Source: an uncultured Gammaproteobacteria bacterium
GTDB lineage: Bacteria > Patescibacteriota > Patescibacteriia > UBA9934 > GWF2-40-263
Assembly (NCBI GenBank): GCA_964538435.1
Contig: CAZIDX010000002.1
Coordinates: forward strand, 41,566-105,565
DNA: 64,000 bases
Reading direction: 5' to 3'
The translations under genes and the position numbers were made by a program. The notes under the pieces are model-generated. The model saw only the letters and a program-made list of their open reading frames with translations. It was not told the DNA's origin and searched no databases. How positions within the stretch are numbered: the stretch's first letter is position 1; every line of letters starts with the position of its first letter. Shown here in pieces: positions 38,036 through 48,218 of this stretch.

Positions 38036-38614
38036 CTAAAAGCGCAACGTATCCAAAACTCGCTCAAACGTTATCGACTCTCTCTGATGACTTATCACAA
38101 ACACCTTCTCACCATACTGAAACACCACAAGCTTATCCGGAGAATCATCTTCCCCTGTACCACGAATCACAATCGAACTCTCTCCAGCAAACTCCCCAAT
38201 CGTCTGCCCACCAACCCCCTCAGGATAATACGCATCCAAATTCAGTGTCACCCACTCATGCGCTGACCGAGCCTCAACAACCATAATCGTGAGCACATTC
38301 ACTTCGCTATCAACAAGCTCAGACGCATTCGCATCTGTAATGCGGATCACATCCGCATCCTCATCAGGAGTAAGAATATACGACTGCTCCCCAACCTGAG
38401 CCACCTCTCGATAAAGGATAGCCTCAGCCGGATACGAAACCTCGTATCCATATTTTATATTCACATACGTCTCCCAACTAGCCGGAACTTCCATTCCCTC
38501 CTCAACCACACTCTCACCCCCCTGCTCTCGCACAACCTGCTCAATCTCAAAAACCCCACATCCTGGAAGAATGAGGAGAAAACAGGCCAAACTGAGTAAA
38601 ACAAGCCGTTTCAT
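38036..38614 (-). CDS. Lipoprotein (PsbP-related fold possible)
   Basis: MKRLVLLSLACFLLILPG-C lipobox; WETYVN.KYGYEVSYP motif. Confidence 0.75.
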   Translation of the reverse strand: MKRLVLLSLACFLLILPGCGVFEIEQVVREQGGESVVEEGMEVPASWETYVNIKYGYEVSYPAEAILYREVAQVGEQSYILTPDEDADVIRITDANASELVDSEVNVLTIMVVEARSAHEWVTLNLDAYYPEGVGGQTIGEFAGESSIVIRGTGEDDSPDKLVVFQYGEKVFVISHQRESITFERVLDTLRF

Positions 38615-38707
38615 ATCAAGCGGATTATACCATGATCGCTTGACTTTTTGTGCGAGAAGTAGTAGATTCAAACGTCTTCCCATGACGGGAAACAAAGGAG
38701 AACCTCG

Positions 38708-39190
38708 ATGCTGCTCAGCATCATCCTCGCCCTCGCCCTGCTCGTCTCCCCAGTCAACGCTGAGGACGTCATTCTGGAGAGGGCCGACATCATCGCGTAC
38801 CACGAGGTAGACCGCGAGATCCGCCACCTGGCCCACGAGCTTCACGAGCTCGAGACCTGCAAGACCGAGGTGCCGAACATCAGCATCACGGTCGAGACAG
38901 CCAAGGACCCGATCGAAGCTGTCCAGGCGCTCTACATCAACGTGGACACTTGCGAGCTCATGGCTCGCAACGCCAAGGAGGTCGCCTACCTGAGTATGAT
39001 GGTTCTCGTGGCCGAATCACAGCGCATCCCAGATGAACGCGCTGCCGAGCGCGAGTCCATGAACGAGAGCATCACGCAGATCGAGTTCGAGTGGAAACAC
39101 TTCATGGCCGAGGAAGCCATGTTCCAGGACTTCAAGGCCTTCATGGTCATGCTCCTGATCGGCTCTGAGCAGTGGCGTCGCTCGCCCTGA
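38708..39190 (+). CDS. Secreted helical hypothetical protein (GC-rich unit)
   Basis: Signal peptide VNA-E; TTGACT-17-TAGATT, AAAGGAG RBS, terminator CCCCAGCC-GCTA-GGCCGGGG-TTTT. Confidence 0.8.
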   Translation: MLLSIILALALLVSPVNAEDVILERADIIAYHEVDREIRHLAHELHELETCKTEVPNISITVETAKDPIEAVQALYINVDTCELMARNAKEVAYLSMMVLVAESQRIPDERAAERESMNESITQIEFEWKHFMAEEAMFQDFKAFMVMLLIGSEQWRRSP

Positions 39191-39303
39191 TCACCTCTCC
39201 GACACGTACAAGCCCCAGCCGCTAGGCCGGGGTTTTCGAATTATCTAACCCTCCTGGAGAGGACAAAAAGAGAACACTCGATGTGTTCTCTTTTTGAAAC
39301 ATC

Positions 39304-39416
39304 TCCACCACCCCTGGTAAGGACAGGTTGGGTACCGGCCGTTGCGACGTTTCTCTCTCAAAACCTGTGTGTTTTGAAGAGAAATGTCGCCGGCCGTCAC
39401 AAGCTTACGTAGCAAG
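39304..39416. repeat. Diverged third copy of the hairpin element
   Basis: Shares tccaccacccc, CGGCCGTT...hairpin...GGCCG, AAGC-N6-AGCAAG end; different stem sequence. Confidence 0.6.
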
Positions 39417-39418
39417 AA

Positions 39419-40003
39419 CTATTTCATCTGCTCAAGCACAAACCCCCAATTCACATACTCCCAAAAACCATCAATAAACTTCCCTCTATCATTTCTATGA
39501 TCAATATAATAAGCATGCTCCCATACATCGAGCGTCAAGAGAGGCTTATCTGAAGTCTCAGCCGGTGTGTCAGCATCATGATAATCCTGAATCGACAACT
39601 TCCCATCACTGTCCATAAGAAGCCAAACCCAACCAGATCCAAAATGCTTGAGTGCCAATGCACCAAACTCCTCCTTAAACTTCTCAAACGAACCAAAATC
39701 TCGATTAATAAACTCTCCCAGCTGCCCAGAAGGCTCTTGTTTTTCAGATGATAAGCAATTCCAAAAGAAACTGTGATTAAAGTGCTGCGCAGCCAGATTG
39801 TAAAGCGCTGAATTTGAACGCCTTGCAGCCACAATCACCTCTTCAACTGTTTTCTCTCTTAAATCAGTCGATTCAAGTGCGGCATTAAGCTTATTAACAT
39901 AGCCAGCATGATGCTTGCCATGGTGATATTCCAATGTTTCTGCAGATGCCCAAGGTGCCAATGAACCCTTTTCAAACAGCAGGTCAGGTAAGATATGTGC
40001 CAT
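39419..40003 (-). CDS. sodB: Fe/Mn superoxide dismutase (probably Fe)
   Basis: HHGKHHAGYVNKLN, AQHFNHSFFW, FGSGWVWL, DVWEHAYYID. Confidence 0.93.
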   Translation of the reverse strand: MAHILPDLLFEKGSLAPWASAETLEYHHGKHHAGYVNKLNAALESTDLREKTVEEVIVAARRSNSALYNLAAQHFNHSFFWNCLSSEKQEPSGQLGEFINRDFGSFEKFKEEFGALALKHFGSGWVWLLMDSDGKLSIQDYHDADTPAETSDKPLLTLDVWEHAYYIDHRNDRGKFIDGFWEYVNWGFVLEQMK

Positions 40004-40155
40004 ATTTGTTGTTATTATTGATAAACACACTCTATCAGAGCTGAGGCCCCCCTACCAGGGTTGACAAAAAGCTAAAAATACGCTATACTAGCGGCGCTTC
40101 TCTTGTTCGATTCGTAATGAGAGTAAGTTCCTAAGTAACCGTTACCACTCTTGTT

Positions 40156-40410
40156 ATGAGCAACAAATTGTTTGTTGGCAGCCTTCCATGGTCTGTTGAC
40201 GATCAAGGGCTCCAAGAGCTTTTCGCCGCTCACGGTGAAGTCGTTTCTGCTCGTGTCATCACTGACCGAGAAACAGGACGAAGTCGCGGATTCGGATTCG
40301 TTGAGTACAACGATGAAGCAACCGCTCAGACTGCTCTTGATGCCATGAATGGTGCTGAGATCGAAGGACGCACAATTAGTGTAGACTTCGCTCGTCCAGC
40401 CCAGGACTAA
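40156..40410 (+). CDS. RRM RNA-binding protein
   Basis: RNP2 LFVGSL, RNP1 RGFGFVEY; promoter TTGACA-17-TATACT. Confidence 0.95.
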   Translation: MSNKLFVGSLPWSVDDQGLQELFAAHGEVVSARVITDRETGRSRGFGFVEYNDEATAQTALDAMNGAEIEGRTISVDFARPAQD

Positions 40411-40461
40411 ATTTAGTTCAAAAGAAAGCACCCAGCTCCGGCTGGGTGTTTTTGGTTTTAT

Positions 40462-41772
40462 CTAAAAACGCTCAGGAGGATCATCCACCATCTCTTTGGC
40501 AAGCCTCTTAAGTTCTCCTCGAAGCTGCTTAATATCAGCCTTCATTTCCCCAACATCCTTGTATCCCTCCCAAACCTCTGCAATCCGCTCGGCAGCACTC
40601 AATGAACTACAATACGGCGACTCGTCACGAATCCTCTCCAAAAATCCATTCATGTCTTCATAAAGCCTACCTCTCAACCTTCTATTATCATAAATGGCGT
40701 CAAAGATTTTTTTCCACGCATCCATGTCTGTATCACGATCATACCTCTCCCAAGTTGGATTTGTCTGAAAAACTTCAAATACTTTTATTTTCTCTTTTAC
40801 CCCATCACCAAACATTTGCCACATATCCAAATGTTCATAACTGTCCGGCCCTCCTTCCTGTTCAATTTTGTCAATATATGCCTCGCACTCATGCAACAAA
40901 TCAAGGTACGACCCAACCTGCTGCTTTGCTCTTTCAACAGACGAATCAATCTTCTCACGAAGCGCATCTCGAATCGTATCGATGTTTGGTTGATTCACCC
41001 GAGAAGAAAGGAGTTCATTATCAGGCAACTCCAGTACACCAGCAAGCCCAGGCCTACGAAACCACGGCAGTTTCTGTTTATCTCTTTCAAGATCCCCAAA
41101 TCTTGCCTCAGACTTGTAAAAATTCACTGAATGCCAATCCGCATCCGGAAACGCATTTTCAAACAATCGCAATGCTGTCATCTGAGTTGAACCAGAACCA
41201 CTAAGCTCATCAACAACAAGAATGCTACCACCAGCAAACTCATCCTTGTAAACCCGTTTCAACTCTTCAACCACACCTGTCTGCTCATCAATCTTATCCC
41301 TCCATTCTCTTGGAATATCTCGCTTACTCATCCACTTCCCCTGCTCTCCATCACACAAAAGATCTTGAACTTCATCAAACTTTTCCAATGACAAATCACT
41401 GCCTTGAAGCGTAGAAGTATCCCCTCCATGAAAATAACTTGATGTTCCAATATTCACAAACTTAACATCAGGAATATCTTCATCTGGATACTTAAGCTTC
41501 CAACCCTCTCTAAACATCCACGAAAGCGGCCGTGCGCTACGATCAAGAAATACAATCGTATCAACATCACGATTGCGCACATTTTCAATCATGAGATCCA
41601 TGCGCTCAATAATATCCTCCCGAGCGTACTCAGATTTAAAAAACTTATACTCAACGAAAGATTTTTCTTTTGTTTCAACACCCTGTTCCTCTGCCTGATC
41701 TAAAAACTTCTTGTCTAACACTGTATCTTCGTCAGAAAGCCCCCTGCTTCGTAATGAATCTAATATTCCCAT
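40462..41772 (-). CDS. Hypothetical protein with phosphoribosyltransferase-like motif
   Basis: IVFLDRSARP and ILVVDELSGSGSTQ (PRPP-binding loop-like). Confidence 0.6.
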   Translation of the reverse strand: MGILDSLRSRGLSDEDTVLDKKFLDQAEEQGVETKEKSFVEYKFFKSEYAREDIIERMDLMIENVRNRDVDTIVFLDRSARPLSWMFREGWKLKYPDEDIPDVKFVNIGTSSYFHGGDTSTLQGSDLSLEKFDEVQDLLCDGEQGKWMSKRDIPREWRDKIDEQTGVVEELKRVYKDEFAGGSILVVDELSGSGSTQMTALRLFENAFPDADWHSVNFYKSEARFGDLERDKQKLPWFRRPGLAGVLELPDNELLSSRVNQPNIDTIRDALREKIDSSVERAKQQVGSYLDLLHECEAYIDKIEQEGGPDSYEHLDMWQMFGDGVKEKIKVFEVFQTNPTWERYDRDTDMDAWKKIFDAIYDNRRLRGRLYEDMNGFLERIRDESPYCSSLSAAERIAEVWEGYKDVGEMKADIKQLRGELKRLAKEMVDDPPERF

Positions 41773-41918
41773 ATACAACACATGGTATCCAATCACACGC
41801 ACATAAACAAGAACACCAAAAAATGACAGGTTTTTTGTCAAGTCCAAACCGAACATTTCACCCTTGAAAAAATGCTTGCACTAGCGTAGAATAGCCGCGA
41901 AATTATTGATAACCAATT

Positions 41919-42878
41919 ATGCACTTCGCAATCCTCGTTTTCGGACAAGAAGACAAAAAACTTCTCCCTGGATCAAGGGCAATTGTTAAATCCGCACGCA
42001 AGCGCGGACACAGAATGACAATCCTAAGAGAAAAAGATCTGTACCTTCTTTTTGATGGAAACAGAGAGTGTTTGCATAACAAAAACGGTAAACCTCTTCC
42101 AAAATACGATGCTGTCATTGCCAGACCAAGTTTTGCTTCAGACCCATCCATTCACGCGTCACTGATTAGACAGTTTGAACTCCAAGGCCAACTCGTGATC
42201 AACAAACACACAGGAGTGCACCGAGCAAAAAACAAAGTACGTACACTCCAACTGCTGCACCACTACCAAATCCCAATGCCAAAAACCGTTGTGCTGTTTG
42301 GATCAGAAAACATCGATAAGGTCATGAGTGAATTCAAGTACCCTGTCGTTGTAAAGTCAGCCTACGGCGCTGGTGGCTCTGGAGTATTCATTGCAGAAAC
42401 AAAACGCTCTCTCAAACCGGTTGTTGAGCACCTGCTCCGAAGCAAATCCAGCAACAAAGAACCAATCAAAATCCAAGAGTACATTCACGAATCCAAAGGC
42501 AAGGATCTGCGTCTGTTCGTTGTAGGAAGAAGAGTGGTTGCTGCCATGCAACGCAGCGCTCAAAAAGGAGAATTTCGATCAAACTTTCACAAAGGCGGAA
42601 ATGTAAAAGGTATCACCCCAACAGAACAAGAAGTCACCATGTCTATTCAAGCCGCTCTTAACATGGGGCTCGATATTTCAGGAGTTGACATTCTGCGAAC
42701 AAAACGCGGGCCAATGATCATCGAAGTGAACGCTCAGCCAGGACTAGAGGGCATCACCAAGGCATCGGGAATCGATGTGGCAGCTGAAATCATGAAATTC
42801 GTAGAACGAAAAGCAAAACAACGAAAAGCACGCATTCGAAAACCCATAAAAGAGCGCGCTAGTGCTGTGGAGGGCTAA
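41919..42878 (+). CDS. rimK: RimK-family ATP-grasp alpha-L-glutamate ligase
   Basis: IPMPKT, QEYI...DLRLFVVG, FRSNFHKGG, GVDIL, IEVNAQPG. Confidence 0.88.
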   Translation: MHFAILVFGQEDKKLLPGSRAIVKSARKRGHRMTILREKDLYLLFDGNRECLHNKNGKPLPKYDAVIARPSFASDPSIHASLIRQFELQGQLVINKHTGVHRAKNKVRTLQLLHHYQIPMPKTVVLFGSENIDKVMSEFKYPVVVKSAYGAGGSGVFIAETKRSLKPVVEHLLRSKSSNKEPIKIQEYIHESKGKDLRLFVVGRRVVAAMQRSAQKGEFRSNFHKGGNVKGITPTEQEVTMSIQAALNMGLDISGVDILRTKRGPMIIEVNAQPGLEGITKASGIDVAAEIMKFVERKAKQRKARIRKPIKERASAVEG

Positions 42879-42919
42879 CGTAACAAAACACTCAAAATCG
42901 TGTAAAATGGACATAACGT

Positions 42920-43675
42920 ATGTCCAAATCAAAGATGATCCGCAGCTTCAACCGCTACGAACTCAAGTACTTGATGCATGAGCGTGACGCCGCCGCGTTT
43001 CGGGAACAATTAAAACCTTATACTGAGCTTGATCCCTACGGGGATGATACAGGCAGCTACTTTTTAGCTAGCCTGTATTTTGATACAGACGATCATTTGT
43101 TCTATTGGGAAAAAATTGAAGGCCTCAAATTCCGAAGAAAAATCCGCATGCGCATTTACGAAACTCCAGACAAAATCACCGATGATTCAAATGTCTTCGT
43201 AGAAGTAAAACAGCGCCTGGATAAAATCATTCAAAAACGCCGAGTAGTTCTCCCGTACAAACACGCAAAAAAACTTCTCTACGATTACAAGATTCCCCCA
43301 CACGAAGACAAGGACTCAGCAACGATCCAGGAGATCTACCACATGCTAACCACCTATCAACTCAAACCAACCTGCATTACAAGCTACAAACGCCAGGCAC
43401 TAATCGGACATGAGTATGACCTAGGCCTGCGAATCACCTTTGACACAAACGTCCGCTATCGCGACAAAGACCTGGACCTCACATCCAAGAAGATTGGAAA
43501 AGCCATGATCCCACTTGATTACGTCATCATGGAAGTAAAAGTGAACGACCGCATCCCTTACTGGCTCACAGAACTCATTGCCGATCAAAACGCAAGCCTC
43601 ATCCGCATCAGCAAATACTGCACCGGCCTTGAGCAAGCAAACATTGTTCCAAATAAACATTATCTATTCGCCTAA
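42920..43675 (+). CDS. VTC (polyphosphate polymerase / CYTH-like) domain protein
   Basis: RYELKY, SLYFDT, RRKIRMRIY, EVK, Y.RQA, LRITFD, MEVK, SKYC. Confidence 0.9.
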   Translation: MSKSKMIRSFNRYELKYLMHERDAAAFREQLKPYTELDPYGDDTGSYFLASLYFDTDDHLFYWEKIEGLKFRRKIRMRIYETPDKITDDSNVFVEVKQRLDKIIQKRRVVLPYKHAKKLLYDYKIPPHEDKDSATIQEIYHMLTTYQLKPTCITSYKRQALIGHEYDLGLRITFDTNVRYRDKDLDLTSKKIGKAMIPLDYVIMEVKVNDRIPYWLTELIADQNASLIRISKYCTGLEQANIVPNKHYLFA

Positions 43676-43684
43676 ATAACAACT

Positions 43685-44392
43685 ATGGATCCAGAGACTT
43701 TATCTTTCCTCCAGCAACTAACCAGCTTCGAGGATCTCACGGGTGTCTTTTCTGTGACAGACGTTGTTCTCACAATCGTGCTCAGCTTTATCCTGACGGC
43801 TGTTGTGGGATACGTCTACATGATCACACACAAAGGCACATCCTACACCCAAAGCTACGTGCACACACTCGTGCTCATGGGAATGGTGGTTGCCATCATC
43901 ATGCTCGTTGTTGGCTCAAACATTGCTCGAGCCTTCTCTCTTGTTGGTGCGCTCTCCATCATCCGCTTCCGTAACGCTGTCAAAGAAACCAGAGACGTCG
44001 GCTTCATATTCTTTGCCATGGCAATCGGTATGGCCGCAGGAACGCGCTTCTATCTTCTGGCAGTGATTGCCACTATTGTAATCTGTCTTTTGATCATTAT
44101 CATGTACAAGTTCGACTTCTACCGAAAAGACGCATCAAGTCGCATCCTAAAAATCCAGATTCCAAACAATGCTGCCTATGACAAACTCTTTGACGATGTC
44201 CTGCTCAAATACACAAAGTCCTCTCATCTTGTAAGTATTGATTCAGTACGCTCAGGAGCCCTCACCGAACTCCTCTACAACGTAGAGCTTAAACGCGGAA
44301 AGAAAATGCAGGAATTCCTTAGCGAGATCAAGAACCTTAACGGAAACCACAAGGTCACACTCGTTACTGGCTACAACACAACCGACCTCTAA
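43685..44392 (+). CDS. DUF4956 membrane protein
   Basis: NIARAFSLVGALSIIRFRNAVKETRD. Confidence 0.9.
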   Translation: MDPETLSFLQQLTSFEDLTGVFSVTDVVLTIVLSFILTAVVGYVYMITHKGTSYTQSYVHTLVLMGMVVAIIMLVVGSNIARAFSLVGALSIIRFRNAVKETRDVGFIFFAMAIGMAAGTRFYLLAVIATIVICLLIIIMYKFDFYRKDASSRILKIQIPNNAAYDKLFDDVLLKYTKSSHLVSIDSVRSGALTELLYNVELKRGKKMQEFLSEIKNLNGNHKVTLVTGYNTTDL

Positions 44393-44394
44393 TC

Positions 44395-46002
44395 ATGCGA
44401 CCACTCACGCTCCGAAGAAACTATAAATGGATTGCAGCAACCCTTCTTGTTGTGTGTTTTTTCGTTGCAATGCTTGGAAACGAACGCATCATTCCCTATG
44501 TATCCTCGTTTAGCTGGAGCATGGGTGACGCATGGCCAATAGCACAACCGATCGAAGTAGAACCTGCTGAGCCTGACACACTCTTCTCTTTAGATTTCAT
44601 GCACGAAATTGAAATTGAAATGGATGAAGCTGATCACGAAACCATGATCCTTACTTTTGAAGAGACAGATGAAAAAGAATTCTTCCATGCATCAGTCACC
44701 ATCGATGGAACACATTTCGAAGACGTTGGCATCAGACTAAAGGGAAACTCAACGCTCTCTTCATCACTTGGACTAGGTATGGGGCCCTCTAACAAGATGA
44801 GCAACGTAACAAGCGACATCCCTTACCTCATCAAACTCAACGAGTACGTATCTGGCCAAGATTACCAAGGCTACGAACAAATCGCACTGCGCAGCCAGTT
44901 TAAAGACACGGCAATGATGCGCGAAGTCTTAGGTTTCCAACTCCTGGAAATGATGGATATTCCCGCACCTCATTCAACCTATTCTGTTGTAACGTTTAAT
45001 GGTGAACTGTCGCTCTACATGATGACAGAAGTTGTTGTCGAAGAATTCGTAGAAAAATACCTTATCGATGGAGATGAGGAAATGGGCAATCTCTTCAAGG
45101 CGTCTCCTGGCGCGAAACTTGAGTACACAAGTGACGATCCTCTTGACTACGCATCTTTTGAGCAAAAGACAAACGTAAACGAAGAGGATGTCTATCAAAT
45201 CATTGAGCTTGCAGAATTCATTTCCAATTCAACAGACGAAGAATTCGCAAACAATCTTGATAACTACATCGATGTTGAATCCACTCTCAAGTACATCGCT
45301 TTCTGCAACATCATCGTCAACCTCGATTCGTTTGCAAGCAATGGAAACAACTACTATCTCTACCAAGACCCAGAGACTGATCAATTTTCTGTTGTCCCAT
45401 GGGATCTCAACGAATCGTTTGGTGGATTCTGGCGATATATCGGAGAAACCTATGAACTAGACATGTTCTTTGACAACGAAGAAAAGACAGGTGGTCCTGG
45501 CGGTCAACAAAGGATGATGCCAAATAATGAAAATCAACAAATGCAAAACGGAAATCAAATCATGCAACCCGTTGCTTTTGAGGCAAGCCAAGACCAACAA
45601 CTCCAACAAGGCATGCGACCAAACAAGCGCATGAAACGTATTCCTGAAGGATTCAATCCTCCAACAAATTTCGAACCACCAGAAGGCTTTGATCCTGATG
45701 CCGAGCAACCAACCCACAAGGTCATGTCAATGCAAAACACCTTTGTTACACGACTATTAGAAACCGAACCATACAAAACAATGTATGTAGACATTGTGAA
45801 AGACTTGATCGACGATGAACTGTCTATCGAATCGGTTATAGATATAGTTGAGGACTTGCAAGCCTTTGTAGACAGCGCGAACGCAAGTTATGGCTTCTGG
45901 GAAAACGAAATCGAACATGACTACGGAACAAAAGAGTTGCTCGAATTCATTCGCAATCGATACAAATTCCTTTACGCAGAACTGGCAAGTGTGGAAAACT
46001 AA
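44395..46002 (+). CDS. CotH kinase family protein, membrane-anchored
   Basis: VGIRLKGNST, MMRE, LYMMTE, NNYYLY, VPWDLNESFG. Confidence 0.88.
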   Translation: MRPLTLRRNYKWIAATLLVVCFFVAMLGNERIIPYVSSFSWSMGDAWPIAQPIEVEPAEPDTLFSLDFMHEIEIEMDEADHETMILTFEETDEKEFFHASVTIDGTHFEDVGIRLKGNSTLSSSLGLGMGPSNKMSNVTSDIPYLIKLNEYVSGQDYQGYEQIALRSQFKDTAMMREVLGFQLLEMMDIPAPHSTYSVVTFNGELSLYMMTEVVVEEFVEKYLIDGDEEMGNLFKASPGAKLEYTSDDPLDYASFEQKTNVNEEDVYQIIELAEFISNSTDEEFANNLDNYIDVESTLKYIAFCNIIVNLDSFASNGNNYYLYQDPETDQFSVVPWDLNESFGGFWRYIGETYELDMFFDNEEKTGGPGGQQRMMPNNENQQMQNGNQIMQPVAFEASQDQQLQQGMRPNKRMKRIPEGFNPPTNFEPPEGFDPDAEQPTHKVMSMQNTFVTRLLETEPYKTMYVDIVKDLIDDELSIESVIDIVEDLQAFVDSANASYGFWENEIEHDYGTKELLEFIRNRYKFLYAELASVEN

Positions 46003-46098
46003 CTAGCTCTACATGCAGTTTTATGCCATAATTGTCCTCGATGTGTAAAAAAGACACAATACGACTAATTCGTAAGAGCCTACCGGGCTTGTTTTTTT

Positions 46099-46929
46099 AT
46101 GACAAAAAACTACATCGGCGAGCCAAACGTGCCCGCCTTCAGCCGCGTAGTCAATGCACTGCGCGGTTTTTTTCTATCTAAAGGATTCCTTGAGGTTCAC
46201 ACCCAGGATCGCCTTTCCATTCTCGCAGCATGCGAAGACCCAACCACCGTTGCCACCTTCTCCTATGCCGGTCAAATCTGGCCACTCCCACAGACAGGCC
46301 AAATGTGGCTCGAATACGAACTCCTCACTCGCCCGGATGTGCCGGGTGTTTTTTGTGTCAGCACAAGCTACAGACACGAACCCCATCCAGTCGAAGGCAG
46401 GCACAAAATCGTATTCCCAATGTTCGAGTTTGAATCACGCGGAGACGTAAACGATCTCCAGCAACTCATGGCCGAGATGCTCGAGCACCTGGGGTACGGC
46501 TCTCGAGAAAGCTTCAAACGTATCAACTACCGTGATGCCATGAGAACATATAACACAAAAGAGATTGATCACGAACATGAAAAACAACTCTGCGAAGACT
46601 ATGGACGCGCAGTATTCCTAGAAAAATTCCCAGAGCACACAAGCCCCTTCTGGAATATGAAACGAGCCAAGGACGGAACCTCACACAAAATCGACGTGAT
46701 CATCGACGGCATGGAAACATTCGGAACTGCTGAACGCAGCTCAAACCCAGTAGAAATGCGAGAAGCCTTCCACACCATCTCAGACGGAGGCTACGCCAAC
46801 CTGCTCTACGATCTGTTTGGAAAAGAAAGAGTCGAGGCTGAACTCGAAGAATTCCTCTCCCACAACTTTGTCCCACGCTACGGCGGTGGCATCGGCGTCA
46901 CCCGGCTTGTAAGCTCGCTGGCAAGGTAA
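46099..46929 (+). CDS. Class II aaRS catalytic-domain-only protein (AsnRS-related, asparagine synthetase A-like)
   Basis: LPQTGQMWLE, STSYRHE..GRH...FEFE (motif 2), ETFGTAERS, RYGGGIGVTRL (motif 3); no anticodon-binding domain. Confidence 0.8.
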   Translation: MTKNYIGEPNVPAFSRVVNALRGFFLSKGFLEVHTQDRLSILAACEDPTTVATFSYAGQIWPLPQTGQMWLEYELLTRPDVPGVFCVSTSYRHEPHPVEGRHKIVFPMFEFESRGDVNDLQQLMAEMLEHLGYGSRESFKRINYRDAMRTYNTKEIDHEHEKQLCEDYGRAVFLEKFPEHTSPFWNMKRAKDGTSHKIDVIIDGMETFGTAERSSNPVEMREAFHTISDGGYANLLYDLFGKERVEAELEEFLSHNFVPRYGGGIGVTRLVSSLAR

Positions 46930-46955
46930 AAGAAAAGTCCTGTGCGTCGTAACGC

Positions 46956-47525
46956 TCAAGACTTGTATGCGGCCGCGAGCTCGATGAGCTTGTCGACCCG
47001 CTTGCGCAGATGAATCCACACCCGCGCCGTGAGCACTGAGTCGTACAGCGGGTTGTGCCACCCACCACCGATGTCGCTCATGTCGATGTCGTACTTCTTC
47101 TTGTACGCCCCGTGCTTGGTCGATTCCTCACCAAGCATCTCGAGCACGGAAGCTGTGTCGTGCAGCGGGAATGGTGCCTCATCCGTGGTGATCATACACG
47201 CCTTTTTCATGAGCGTGAGCACGCGCGCCTCCACTGGAAACTGCACATGCGCCAGGATGATGGTGTCGTCGTCCGTGTACTTGAGGTAGAACTCACTGAA
47301 CGCCCTGAGGAGCTCCAGCAGGGTCGCGTGCGTCTGATCGATCCCCTCCATGGGAGGAAGAACGTTCTCGAGCACCCACACGTCTACCTCGTCCATGATC
47401 GGACATCGACCCACGAACCGATCGATCTCCACACCCTCCTCGTCGCAGACAAAGGCCGCGATCGAAAACGGGTGGCCTTCGAGACCATTGGTCTCGGCAT
47501 CGAACGAGAAAATCTTCTTCCCCAT
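46956..47525 (-). CDS. DEDDh-like 3'-5' exonuclease-fold protein (GC-rich unit)
   Basis: FSFDAETNG...HNPLYDS; TTGACA-17-TATAAA, AAAGGAG RBS. Confidence 0.7.
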   Translation of the reverse strand: MGKKIFSFDAETNGLEGHPFSIAAFVCDEEGVEIDRFVGRCPIMDEVDVWVLENVLPPMEGIDQTHATLLELLRAFSEFYLKYTDDDTIILAHVQFPVEARVLTLMKKACMITTDEAPFPLHDTASVLEMLGEESTKHGAYKKKYDIDMSDIGGGWHNPLYDSVLTARVWIHLRKRVDKLIELAAAYKS

Positions 47526-47626
47526 CTCATCTCCTTTCGTCTGACTACTATGCAGCCAACAGACGTTTATACGCGAAAACCAAGCCTTTGTCAATACAAA
47601 AACACCCTTTTCACAAGAGTGTTTAT

Positions 47627-48217
47627 TTACCGAAAAATCATCTTCTGCTCAAGCCCATCTGTAATCACATCACCCACAGTTTTTATGAGCAGAAAAAATA
47701 CAAGTCCCACAACACCTTTTCCAAAAATGAAACCAAGGATCACAATAAGATGCATTGGCAGGATTCGTGGGTATGGCAAAAAGAAAAGCTTGCCAAGATG
47801 CTGGCCTTTCTCATCGTCAATTTTTCGAACCGATCGATATGCAAATGCATGGTTCACAAAAAAGATAAGCGCAAACAACCCAATCGCTCCCCAATCATCA
47901 ACTCTTGGCCATGCCAAAATGATAATGAAAACAAGATAAACAAAATGAAAGATTCCATAATGAAGCAAGAAAAAATTCGCCGCGCTCTTCTTAGCTCTCT
48001 CGGTCGGCTCTACCGCTTCGCCATTCACCTGCATCCCCTCAACCGAAAACTTTTTGAGCGAGAGCATACGCTTTGCATGAAACAAACCAATAATCACACT
48101 CTGCGCCCAATACCCCCAAACAACCACAGAAAAATCCCACCCCTGCCAAACAGCAAGAGCGATAACGATGAGGTTGCTTACAATCAGACCAATCGATGAT
48201 GAGTTTACATATTTCAT
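47627..48217 (-). CDS. DUF6498-like membrane protein
   Basis: YWAQSVIIG, FFLLHYGIFH, PYPRILPMH. Confidence 0.75.
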   Translation of the reverse strand: MKYVNSSSIGLIVSNLIVIALAVWQGWDFSVVVWGYWAQSVIIGLFHAKRMLSLKKFSVEGMQVNGEAVEPTERAKKSAANFFLLHYGIFHFVYLVFIIILAWPRVDDWGAIGLFALIFFVNHAFAYRSVRKIDDEKGQHLGKLFFLPYPRILPMHLIVILGFIFGKGVVGLVFFLLIKTVGDVITDGLEQKMIFR

Positions 48218-48218
48218 A

